Positions 30,101 through 45,927 of a stretch of 64,000 bases of DNA are shown here, in pieces (position 1 is the stretch's first letter; every line of letters starts with the position of its first letter). The notes under the pieces were generated by a model, which was not told where the DNA came from, did no database searches, and worked only from the letters and a program-made list of their open reading frames with translations. Origin of the DNA: Eledone cirrhosa (Eukaryota). Made by a program: the position numbers and the translations under genes. The stretch is taken from contig OZ024746.1 in NCBI GenBank assembly GCA_964016885.1, positions 50,840,001 through 50,904,000 of the forward strand. Direction: 5' to 3'.

Positions 30101-30848
30101 AGTCAGATAAAAGTTTGTTGGGGGGTGGATTTCTTTTGGATTTGAAAACTTTGTTTAAGTCCGAGACATTTTCATTTATATTAGATTTATCAAAGTGGAA
30201 TGCTCGCCACCTGATTCTCCTTATAAAAGAGTCAGATTTATCTATTAATTGTTTTGTAAAGTCTTTGTTTCTAGGTAGAGGTATGTCTTTTAAAGAGGAA
30301 GTAATCTTAAAGAATTCCATTTTTTCAGTTATAATATAAAGCGCTCAACAGTATTGGAGCAAGATACATGGAAAGTTATATTTAAATTGTTGGGTTAACA
30401 ACGAGTAAATATTTATAACTGATATAAAAGCACTCAACAAGTATTTGGAGTATATTTATGATATTAAATAAATGGAAACTATATTTATAAAACCATATTT
30501 ATTTCGTTATATATATTTCAGGGATATCATATTAACAATATGTTATGCCTTCTTCAGACAAAATACAATATAAACAGTCTTATAAATAAATAGATACGAC
30601 ATACCTTTCAATCACCTTGCATTTGGGAGTTTGATTTGGCAGTAAAAAATATTGTGGACAGTTGTAAAAAGAAAGAGAGAAAGAAAGAAAGAAAGAGAAA
30701 CGAAGAAAAAGAAGAAATGCATGTGGCTAAATAGAGAGAAGAACTTCATGTAAAGAAACAGAGAGAAATATATATAGAGAGAGGAAAAAAGAAAGAGATA
30801 GATAGAGATAGATAGAGAAACTAGGAAGTTGAGTATCGGTTGATACAT

Positions 30849-30879
<31 letters not shown>

Positions 30880-31440
30880 GCTCTAGTATTAATGTAAAGA
30901 GAGATGTATGTAGTTAAGAGAGAAAATAGCCGTTATATAGAGAGCAAAAAAAGAGAAAATGAAAAAGAGAAAATGAAAAATAACCAGACATAAACGAGGC
31001 AGAATTTAAAAACGCTATGTTTCATCCTGTAGAAAATATTAGTGCGTATAATTCTCTATTTCTGCTTGATCGACAATCATGTAGAGTAAAGACAAGAATA
31101 GTATTGTTAAAATTAATATAGACTCTATATATGTGTGTATATATACACACATATATGTATATATACACACATATATGTGCTATAATTTTTATAGCACAAT
31201 GAGAATGTTTTCGTGTGAATCGGGAGTTTGTTTATAATTATGATATAAACATATGAATTTTTAAAAACTAGACATAAGATCATTACTTTTCACACATTAT
31301 AGATACATGTCTCATTCATGAATACTGATATTTACATTATAATGCCTGTTTTATATGAACTAATATTTTCTACAGGATGAAACATAGCGTTTTTAAATTC
31401 TGCCTCGTTTATGTCTGGTTATTTTTCATTTTCTCTTTTC
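26549..31440 (-). mobile_element. Naiad-like PLE family B, copy 2: full ORF region, direct pLTRs (26549-27270 and 30368-31030) and an inverted pLTR piece (31031-31440)
   Basis: Direct and inverted repeats seen in sequence; ORF homologous to family A. Confidence 0.93.
28108..30320 (-). pseudogene. PLE RT + GIY-YIG ORF with a single 1-nt deletion at ~28614 (reconstructs to 737 aa)
   Basis: ORF 28593-30320 (575 aa) plus a downstream frame nearly identical to 6815-7330; ttttgcgcaaattt vs ttttgcgctaaattt in copy 1. Confidence 0.93.
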
Positions 31441-33154
31441 AAGGAAACACACTTCCTCTATTCTCCAGAGAGCCAGACAGGAATATTGGACTAGTTTCGA
31501 TGTTATTACATCTGATCAGCAATATATACCTATGTTCCCGCTTCTCTGGAGAATTGTAAAAGCACATATCGTTATATGCTTTTTCTATGAAAATCAGTAG
31601 TGGGCAGACTAATTTGCATAGAACGTGAGTCATTGTACTCGCCGGTTCAGCGGAAACGATAAAAACAAATAACGAAACGAAATTAAATTCCGTTTCGCTT
31701 CTAACTCACTTTTGTATGACTGACGCTTAAACAATTAAGTTAAAGTGTACATCTACATATGTATACGGAAGTACTAGTATGCATATAAATACACACATGT
31801 ATACATATGTACATGTACCGAGTTTTTCACTAGACACTTTACAGTGAGTGTCCAGCTAGTCTGTATGTAAACAAACAGATGAACCGGGTTTTAAAGTCAT
31901 ACGAGTTTTCAAGGAAACACACTTCCTCTATTCTCCAGAGAGCCAGACAGGAATATTGGACTAGTTTCGATGTTATTACATCTCATCAGCAATATATACC
32001 TATCTTCCGGCTTCTCTGGAGAATTGTAAAAGCACATATCGTTATATGCTTTTTCTATGAAAATCAGTAGTGGGCAGACTAATTTGCATAGAACGTGAGT
32101 CATTGTACGCGCCGGTTCAGCGGAAACGATAAAAACAAATAACGAAAAGAAATTAAATTTCGTTTCGCTTCTAACTCACTTTTGTATGACTGACGCTTAA
32201 ACAATTAAGTTAAAGTGTACATCTACATATGTATACGGCAGTACTAGTATGCATATAAATACACATATGTATACATTTGTACATGTACCGAGTTTTTCAC
32301 TAGACACTTTACAGTGAGTGTCCAGCTAGTCTGTATGTAAACAAACAGACGAACCGGGTTTTAAAGTCATACGAGTTTTCAAGGAAACACACTTCCTCTA
32401 TTCTCCAGAGAGCCAGACAGGAATATTGGACTAGTTTCGATGTTATTACATCTCATCAGCAATATATACCTATCTTCCGGCTTCTCTGGAAGATTGTAAA
32501 AGCACATATCGTTATATGCTTTTTCTATGAAAATCAGTAGTGGGCAGACTAATTTGCATAGAACGTGAGTCATTGTACGCGCCGGTTCAGCGAAAACGAT
32601 AAAAACAAATAACGAAACGAAATTAAATTTCGTTTCGCTTCTACCTCACTTTTGTATGACTGACGCTTAAACAATTAAGTTAAAGTGTACATCTACATAT
32701 GTATAAGGAAGTACTAGTATGCATATAAATACACACATGTATACATATGTACATGTACCGAGTTTTTCACTAGACACTTTACAGTGAGTGTCCAGCTAGT
32801 CTGTATGTAAACAAACAGACGAACCGGGTTTTAAAGTCATACGAGTTTTCAAGGAAACACACTTCCTCTATTCTCCAGAGAGCCAGACAGGAATATTGGA
32901 CTAGTTTCGATGTTATTACATCTCATCAGCAATATATACCTATCTTCCGGCTTCTCTGGAGAATTGTAAAAGCACATATCGTTATATGCTTTTTCTATGA
33001 AAATCAGTAGTGGGCAGACTAATTTGCATAGAACGTGAGTCATTGTACGCGCCGGTTCAGCGGAAACGATACATGTACATATGTATACATGTGTGTATTT
33101 ATATGCATACTAGTACTTCCGTATACATATGTAGATGTACACTTTAACTTAATT
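31436..33154 (-). mobile_element. Tandem array of ~3.5 x 470-nt HHR-containing units (non-LTR retrozyme-like) with an inverted terminal segment at 33070-33154
   Basis: Exact 470-nt period; one HHR per unit; only a 64-aa ORF without recognisable domain. Confidence 0.88.
31953..31995 (-). ncRNA. Canonical minimal type I hammerhead (copies at 21877, 31483 [G8C mutant], 32423, 32893)
   Basis: atattg-CTGATGA-gatgt(aata)acatc-GAAAC-TA-GTC-caatat; cleavage GUC|CAAUAUUCC. Confidence 0.93.
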
Positions 33155-33181
33155 ATATTTATATATATATATATTTATATA

Positions 33182-33245
<64 letters not shown>

Positions 33246-33257
33246 TATATATATATA

Positions 33258-33334
<77 letters not shown>

Positions 33335-33345
33335 ATATATATTTT

Positions 33346-35972
<2,627 letters not shown>

Positions 35973-35996
35973 ATTGTTATACTTTGGGAGGGTCAT

Positions 35997-36766
35997 CTAA
36001 CAACATCAGAGACTTGGGAGTAACCGTGGACAGCAACATAAGCTGGGCCACGCATATAAGCAGCAAAGTTGACATGGCCCGCAGAATGTGTTCCTGGATC
36101 CTCAGAACCTTCCAGTCGAGAGATTACCACACCATTATCCTTCTCTTCTCTACTTTTGCCCGACCACACCTTGAATACTGTTGTCCACTGTGGTCTCCTC
36201 ACACGAAACAAAGTATCATGAAACTTGAAGCTCCTCAAAGGGCAATCACGAAAAAGATAGATGGCATGTCAGACCTTGACTACTGGGGTCGACTAGAAAA
36301 GCTGAATCTTTACTCACTCCAACGTCGCCGTGAGCGTTATATTATCTGCATGATGTGGAAAATGTTTCATCATCATTGCCCAAATGATGTTGGCATCACC
36401 TTCAAAATACACCCAAGGCTTGGGCCCCGTGCTATCCATCCCAAACAAAAATCTAAATCGCAACTCATAACAACAATACGGCACAATTATTTCACCTCAA
36501 TTGGCCCTGCTCTCTTCAACATCACACCAGGACACGTCAAAACAGAAACTGACCACACAAAATTCAAGAGGTCTTTGGACAAATTCCTCCAAGTAATCCC
36601 GGACAAACCACCCACACCCGGATATGTCTCCGCTAACAGTAATTCTCTTCTCGAATGGGCCATGGTGCCCAAATCCTGAATTGAAAGACTTCGCCAGGTG
36701 GTGCTATTAAGTTAGACATGGCCTGGGCCAATACTGGCCAAAACATTTCAAAGTTATTCAAAGTTA
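35997..36766 (+). mobile_element. 5'-truncated CR1-group LINE: RT C-terminus (to 36679), short 3'UTR and (TTCAAAGTTA)2 tail
   Basis: [49 protein letters not shown]; tandem-repeat 3' tail typical of CR1-group LINEs. Confidence 0.85.
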
Positions 36767-36780
36767 TATATATTTATATT

Positions 36781-36839
<59 letters not shown>

Positions 36840-37003
36840 ATATTTATATATATATATTTATATATATATATTTATATATATATAAATTGAAACAAAATGA
36901 AAACGAAATTTCATTTCTCACTCTTAGTATGGCACTTACTTAAATGTAAGTATGCATGTATACGTACATACATATATGTATACAGACGTACAGTAGCATG
37001 CAC

Positions 37004-37034
<31 letters not shown>

Positions 37035-37245
37035 CATATGCATACAGGTACACATACATATATGCACGTATCAGTTTAGCGGCGCTTATTATAACGTCGC
37101 TTTCTTCGTTTGTAAACAAACTGAACAGCCTGAATTTATGCCATACGGTGTTAAGGCAACCACGTCACCTTTTTGTTCAACACTGACACAGGAACGATAT
37201 ATATATATCTGTATACATATATGTATGTACGTATACATGCATACT

Positions 37246-37302
<57 letters not shown>

Positions 37303-37349
37303 TTATATTTATATATATATATTTATATATATATTTATATATATATATT

Positions 37350-37380
<31 letters not shown>

Positions 37381-37690
37381 ATATTTATATAACGAAGGAA
37401 ATGTCGTAAGGAACCAGGTGGACCATAACGCACTAAAGTACTCAATACTTAGGGTAGTAGAGTAGGTAATAGGAACCAGTAAGACCCCGACGGCTGAGGT
37501 CAAGCCGTTTCGACGGCTAATTCTGGACTAAAATTTAGTCCAGAATTAGCCGTCGAAACGGCTTGAGCTCAGCCGTCGGGGTCTTACTGGTTCCTATATT
37601 TATATATATATATCTATATATATATATTTATATCTATATATATATATTTATATGATAAAGAACACAAGAGCGTCTACAATATCAAAAGAT

Positions 37691-37750
37691 TTTTATTGGC
37701 TTACAATGTTTCTTCCTTACGTAACCGTAGGATTCGTCAGAGCTATAAAA
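37691..37750 (-). ncRNA. Type I hammerhead ribozyme in a pLTR-like fragment (37652-38135)
   Basis: ttttatagct-CTGACGA-a-tcct-acg(gtta)cgt-a-agga-a-GAAAC-ATT-GTA-agccaataaaa. Confidence 0.8.
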
Positions 37751-39083
37751 GGGGTTTGATTGGTGTTATGGACTCTACCAAACAAACATTCAAGAACAAA
37801 GAGTAAAGAGAGTAAAGAGCAAATTTTAAATTTTTTCAATGTTAAATTTTGTAAATTCTGTAATATGTTTATATTTTTATAATTTTTATAATGTTTAGAT
37901 AATATTTATTTATACCAATTGTATAAAAACTCGACCTCTGTCTGTTTTGTTACAACGGTAGGGGACGATAAGTCTAATTTTGGTGCGGGAGGGTGGGGTG
38001 TGGGTCCTTGTTTACTAGCTGCGGTCATATTCATTCCCGGGAGTCGAGTGGTTAGCTGAACCATAGATGGGGTGGCGTCGATAGTATGGTGCAGAGGGTG
38101 TTCAGAGGCTACACAAACACAAAGGGCATACAATATATATATATATATAACGGAGGAGAAAGTACATGAGGTAATTAGAAATGGAAAAAGAGTAATAATA
38201 ATAATCTATAATTAATAATGTATAATAAGGCATGGGGAAGATTACACTATAATAAGGTATAAAAGTAAGAATAAGGTAAAATATAAAGGAGGATAAAAGT
38301 GGAAGTAATAAAGATAAAAAATATATATGTAAAAAAATATATATAGAGAATATATAAAGAAATATAAGCGAGTATTTGGAGGGGAAAACACAATGTAAAA
38401 AAACCGATTTTTTTCAAATAAAAATAAAAATATAATTATGGGGGGAGAAAACGGGATAGAGAAATATGATCAAATGTGATTAGTTGAGAGAATATAAGAT
38501 TATAATAGTTATGTCAAGTTTATACATCTTAATAATAAATAATCTGTGTATCAGAGTTACAGAACCTTCAATTCACTTACAGGTTCAAGCCACGTAGCAT
38601 AGTCCATTGTTTATCTGTGCGGTCATGCGCGTTTGTTTTTGACACCACAGCAGATGCACAAGTTCGTAAATTCCAATGCAGATAGAAATCTATTTTTGCT
38701 CACCCGGACATTGACGGAGGATCCAATATTCCTAGTTCAATATGTGTGTGGTGTTATTTTGGTCGCACAAATCAATCACTTGGTTCAATATTATGGAGTA
38801 TGGTTTTCTGGTCTTCGTAACAGTGTCAGTGGTTGTATATCTCGAAATCACAAGGATCACAGTACTCCGGTTTGGTGTGATTATCGGTCATCCAGCTATG
38901 TTGTTGGTGGTTGGATTCAATTCTATTGCCCCGAACATAGAACTTTGCTGTCGATAGAACATTAACGAGGCAGGGTGAGATCGCATCTGTGGTACAAAAC
39001 GGTACGCAAGGAAATTCTTCGTCTTCGTTTCATCCGGGTCCAGCAGTCACGTGCAAGAACCGCTACGTAGTAATTGTGGGGTT

Positions 39084-39432
39084 AATCGGTCAAGTCAGCA
39101 ACTGACCGAAAATTCTCTTAGGAATTCAGACAGGCATGACAGGCACATTTAGGTCAGCAGCTTCTTTATGTGTACGTGTGTCCGACACACACATACACAC
39201 ATTTATATGTATTTCAACTCAAAAAACTAAAAAAACTCAATTGATTCACCCACTGATACTACAATCGGTCAAGACAGCAACTGGCCGAAAATTCCCTTAG
39301 GAATTCAGACAGGCATGACAGGTACATTTAGGTCAGCAGCTTCTTTATGTGTACGTGTGTCCGATACACACAGACACATATCCATATGCATTTCAACTCA
39401 AAAAATTCAGTTGATTCGCCTATTGATATTAT
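39084..39432. repeat. ~179-nt tandem duplication, two copies
   Basis: aatcggtcaag.cagcaactg.ccgaaaattc at 39084 and 39263. Confidence 0.85.
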
Positions 39433-40158
39433 ATCTGTGTTGCTCTGATGTGCATGTTGTGGTGTTCTGGTCGTGCATAGCATTCACTGTGTTTTGCCAT
39501 TACCTTGGGATGTGATGTTATGGTCATCAATAGTCCGGCAAGCGCATTTCTCTCTTATATTGCGGAGAATGGTGTTCTGGTCCTCAGTAAACATTTGGGT
39601 CAGCAGGAGGGGTGATGGTTCTCAGTTTCAACTTCGACAATACATATGTGTTACTCTACATATCGTGCTCCTCTCAAAGAAGAGTATTATAGGAGAAATT
39701 CATGCCAAACACCACATATAGAGAGGATTTCTACAGAAAAGTATACATACATATACACATACATACACGCATCATACACACACACATACACATACACACA
39801 CATACGCATACATACATATATTCACATACATGTCACATATACACATACACACAATATAATACGCATGCATACAATATACAATATACATGCATACAATGCA
39901 CGCACACATGCATGCATGCATGCATGCACACACGTACGCACACACACACACATACATATGTCTGTGTGCGTGTGTGTGTGAGAGAGAAAAGGAGAATACG
40001 CACACACACACACACACATACACACACATACACACACACGCAAAAACACCAACCTTGTAGGGGACTGTTCCACCCTTAGGGTACCTATCTATCTGGGTTA
40101 CGGGTTGGGGGAGGGGGGAGCTATAGTCTAGGTGGGGGATGCGTGATATATGTTACGT

Positions 40159-41560
40159 CTATGTGCTAGGTTTAAAATAGAAGAAGGAACTCAGGATTTT
40201 GTGTTTGCAAGAGGAGAACATTTCCGATTTCCTGTTAAGCAGGTTCAGTTTAGAGTGTATTATGGCATGGCATTCCAGTAAACACAGGTCACAACTTCCG
40301 CTCTGCGGTCGGTATGGCGTGGATCTAGTAAGCTTCCTCCAAAAAAGTTTGTATGGGGTACTATTATTTTTTAAAAAGGAGATGTATACCGCTAGTGAGG
40401 TGGCATTCTTATGTCTATCGTGTCTAAATGTGTACATATGCGCGTTAAATCTAGTTTTAAATGTATTAGACGTTGCTCCTATATATGTTTTGGTAGAGTT
40501 GTGTGTGGTTACGTCACATGCATATACGATGTTTTTCATGAGGCAATCCCCCTTAGGGGACAATTACTACTCCGCCTACAATTGCAACTGCGGGTTCGAT
40601 TAGTTAGCGTACCTCCCGAAGTTTGGTTACTAGCATTATCACTAGGTGCCTCTATATCATTAGATGGCTCATTGATGCTATTATGTTGCCCATTTTCCAG
40701 TGTAGTCGGTTGCTGGTGGTTAACTGCCATTTTAATTGCTTCGAAACCTTCCCTAGTTTTCCTAATGTTCATGTGTGCTAGGTGTGATGCGAGGTTAGGT
40801 GTGGTCGAATAGGATAATTTAATTACGTTTTTGTTAATTATGTTGCGATATCTATTGCCTGGTGGGAAGTTTTTTTCCAATAATGAGAAGAATACTCTGG
40901 GGAGGTTAGTGAGGACCTCAGAGTTAAAAGGTGGATTAAAATACATGTTTTTCCTTCTTCTATTTTTCTTATCTGTAGGGTGAGTCTCGCTACTATGCGT
41001 ACTATTTTGTAGGGTTCCGTTATTAACGTTAGTGGCGTTGTCTGTTTTGCTTAAGCCCGGATGGTTCATATTCATGGCGTGATCATTTACTATTTTAGAG
41101 TTGTGGTGAGGGACTCTAGTATTGTCTTTACGTGGTTTACATTTAGCTGGGTTACCGCCATTAGGGTTCTTACTATTATTCTTGCCTCTAAGTTGGTTAG
41201 GCTTTGTGGCCATACTATGTGTGATTATGTTGGTAGGTTTCACACTCATGGTTTGGGAGTCCTTATGTATATATGATAATCTACTCCCGTAACCAGATTC
41301 TGCTAGGGCCTTGTCATAATACTCTGCATTGGAGTTGAAGATACTCTCATTACAGGACAGTCTGCTAATTCTATTAGAGACCCCGTTGGGAATAACGTTT
41401 AGGACTGATTTGGGGTGGTTGGAGTTGGCGTTTACATATGTTAGTCTATCGTTAGGTTTATGGTAGGGTGCAAATGTTTTACTTTCTAGGTCAAGGGTGG
41501 CGTCTAGGAAGTTTACTGTTTTATCATTTGCATCTATGGTAATACTTAGATTAAAGTTTT
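40159..41560 (-). pseudogene. Naiad-like PLE family E: RT C-terminal half + GIY-YIG, 5'-truncated by (TA)n, frameshift at ~40552
   Basis: [33 protein letters not shown], then shifted frame GDCLMKNIVY..YIGATS..FKTR..CDLC; 3'UTR probably extends toward ~38150. Confidence 0.9.
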
Positions 41561-41591
41561 TATATATTTTATATATTTATATATGTATATT

Positions 41592-41623
<32 letters not shown>

Positions 41624-41731
41624 TATATTTATATATTTATATATATATTTATATTTATATTTATATTTGTATTTATATATATATCTATATTTATATATAT
41701 ATATCTATATTTATATTTATATCTATATATA

Positions 41732-41809
<78 letters not shown>

Positions 41810-41923
41810 TATATTTATATATATATATATTTATATATATATATATTTATATTTATATATATTTATATTTATATATATATTTATATTTATATATATATAT
41901 TTATATTTATATATATATATTTA

Positions 41924-41970
<47 letters not shown>

Positions 41971-41977
41971 ATATTTA

Positions 41978-43366
<1,389 letters not shown>

Positions 43367-43575
43367 ATATATATATATATATATATATATATAAGAACTA
43401 AAGATGGTTAAAAGAGTTCTTATATATTATGTATACTCCAGTCCTACAAACTGTAGAGTGCTTCTTATCCGATATCTGCATTGCTCTATTGTACTACAAT
43501 AAAACTCACCTCCTACATATATATATTTATATATATATATATTTATATATATATATATATTTATATATTTATATT

Positions 43576-43606
<31 letters not shown>

Positions 43607-43889
43607 ATAAATATTTATATATATATATATTTAGATTTATATTTATATATTTATATTAATATATTTATATATTTATATTAATATATTTATATATTTATAT
43701 TTATATTTATATATTTATATTTATATATATATATATATATTTATATATTTATATTAATATATTTATATATTTATATTTATATATATATATATTTATATAT
43801 TTATATTTATATATATATATTTATATTTATATATATATATTTATATTTATATATATATATTTATATATGTATATATATATTTATATTTA

Positions 43890-43923
<34 letters not shown>

Positions 43924-44100
43924 TATATATATTTATTTATATTTATATATTTATATATTTATATTTATATATATATATTTATATATTTATATTTATATTT
44001 ATATTTATATTTATATATTTATATATTCATATTTATATATATTTATATATTTATATTTATATATTTATATTTATATATTTATATTTATATATTTATATAA

Positions 44101-44434
44101 AGGCTGAGGATGGCTCTGAACATTAATCAGTATACACTGAGGATGAAAAGCTCAGAGCTGTATGGGAGCATCCCAAAAGTCAGCTCAAATGTGACACAGA
44201 GGAGACTGAGGTTAGCTGGACGTGCTCACCGACATCCAGAGTTGACAATATACTCAGTGCTCCTGTGCGAGCCCCTACATGGACACACTAGAAGAGGAAG
44301 ACCAAGGTTAACGTATGTTGATGCCCTAAGGACAGACACTGGTCTGTTGGAGACGCAGGACATGGCAGCGATGATGAGGGACAGAGACCGCTGGAGAGAA
44401 CTCCTCCATGGATCTCGGGAATTTTACCCGCCTT

Positions 44435-44436
<2 letters not shown>
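44101..44436 (+). mobile_element. RTE-like LINE 3' fragment (ORF2 C-terminus)
   Basis: RRLRLAGRAHR...GHTRRGRPRLTYVDAL..D...MRDRDRWR; the stop codon runs directly into (AT)n. Confidence 0.8.
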
Positions 44437-44485
<49 letters not shown>

Positions 44486-44491
<6 letters not shown>

Positions 44492-45074
44492 AAGTTATAT
44501 TTAAAATTGTTGGGTTACAACTAGTAAATATTTATAACTGATATAAAAGCACTCGACAAATACTTGGAGTATATTTACAATATTAAATAAATGGAAAACT
44601 ATATTTATAAAACCATATTTATTTCATTATATATATTTCGGGGATATCATATTAACAATATGCTATGCCTTCATCAGACAAAATACAATATAAACAGTTT
44701 TATAGATAAATATATTCGACATACCGTAATAAACATCAACTTCATTTGAAGAGGTTCACTCTAGCAGTGAAAATACAGAGAGAAAGAAAGAGAGAGAGAA
44801 AAGAGGGAAATAAGAAAGAAAAAAAAAAAGAAAGACAAAACGAAGAAAAGGAAGAAAAAGAAGAAAAAGAAGAAATGCATGGGACAAAATAGAGAGATGG
44901 AAAAATAGATAAAGCGAAGAGCTTCATGTAAAGAGACCGAAAGATATATATATATATATAGAGAGAGAGAGGAAATAGAGATAGATACATATATAAATAT
45001 AGATATAGAAAAATATAGATATAGAAAAATTAGGTAGTGGGAGGTCATTTTGAGTAAGTGTATCAATGATGCAT

Positions 45075-45109
<35 letters not shown>

Positions 45110-45400
45110 GCTCAAGTATTAATGTAAGGGAGATATATAGAGAGATATAGAGAGATATATAGAGAGAAAAATTTAAAAATAGCCAGACATATTCGAGGCG
45201 TAGAAAACCCTATGTTTTAATGTATTAGTATTTATAAAACTTACACTATATTGTAAATATCAGTATTCCTGAATGAAACAAGTATTCACAATGCGTGAAA
45301 ATTCATTATCTTATGTTTAGTTTTTTTTAAAAAATTCATATGTCTATGTGAATCCAACTGATTCACTCCGCAAATTCAAAGTTATCGGAAAACATTCTCA
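44486..45400 (-). mobile_element. Family B pLTR (diverged subfamily), HHR at 44615-44691 with CTGATGA core
   Basis: Homologous to 5318-6165. Confidence 0.85.
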
Positions 45401-45681
45401 AATAAGAATACTTAGCTGTGTACATGAACTGATTTGAAAGAGCAGTAGTCGGTCCGGCAGAAATTAGAATTTGGATTTAATGCTCTGAAATAGCGATATA
45501 GGTCTTCAAAATGTTTATTATAAACATACAGAATATTTTCGAATATTCTATGTTTGTCTTCACATATATATCGCTATTTCAGAGCATTAAATCCAAATTC
45601 TAATTTCTGCCGGACCGACTACTACTCTTTCAAACCAGTTCATGTACACAGCTAAGTATTCTATAAGTCTCTAGCTATGTC

Positions 45682-45770
45682 ATTCTCGATAAAAGCATTG
45701 GATATGTAATCCTGATGATTTCTAATAAGAATGAAACGCGTAGGTTACTTCCCTTGCTTTTATCGAGAAT
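45682..45770 (+). ncRNA. Type I hammerhead with a 16-bp helix I extension, inside a ~312-nt repeated unit (45404-45876)
   Basis: attctcgataaaagca..gtaatc-CTGATGA-t-ttct(aata)agaa-t-GAAAC-GC-GTA-ggttac..tgcttttatcgagaat. Confidence 0.88.
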
Positions 45771-45927
45771 CTCAAATTGTAATACGTGACGTATTCTATT
45801 CTATAGCGATTAGGTCTTCAAAATGTTTATTATAAACATACAGAATATTTTCGAATATTCTGTTTGTCTTCACATATATATATATATATATATTTAGATA
45901 TATATATTTAGATATATATTTAGATAA

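Noticed and set aside
31439-33043. Repeated 64-aa ORF (MTHVLCKLV...) as a gene family
   Set aside because: It starts at a non-ATG codon, overlaps the HHR and has no recognisable domain; it repeats only because the DNA unit repeats.
40536-40563. TGA near the Zn-linker as possible selenocysteine recoding, which is known in some Naiads
   Set aside because: The TGA here and the one at ~57921 arise from 1-nt frameshifts. The conserved Cys codons I checked are TGY, and no in-frame UGA was seen in families A, B, D, E or F.
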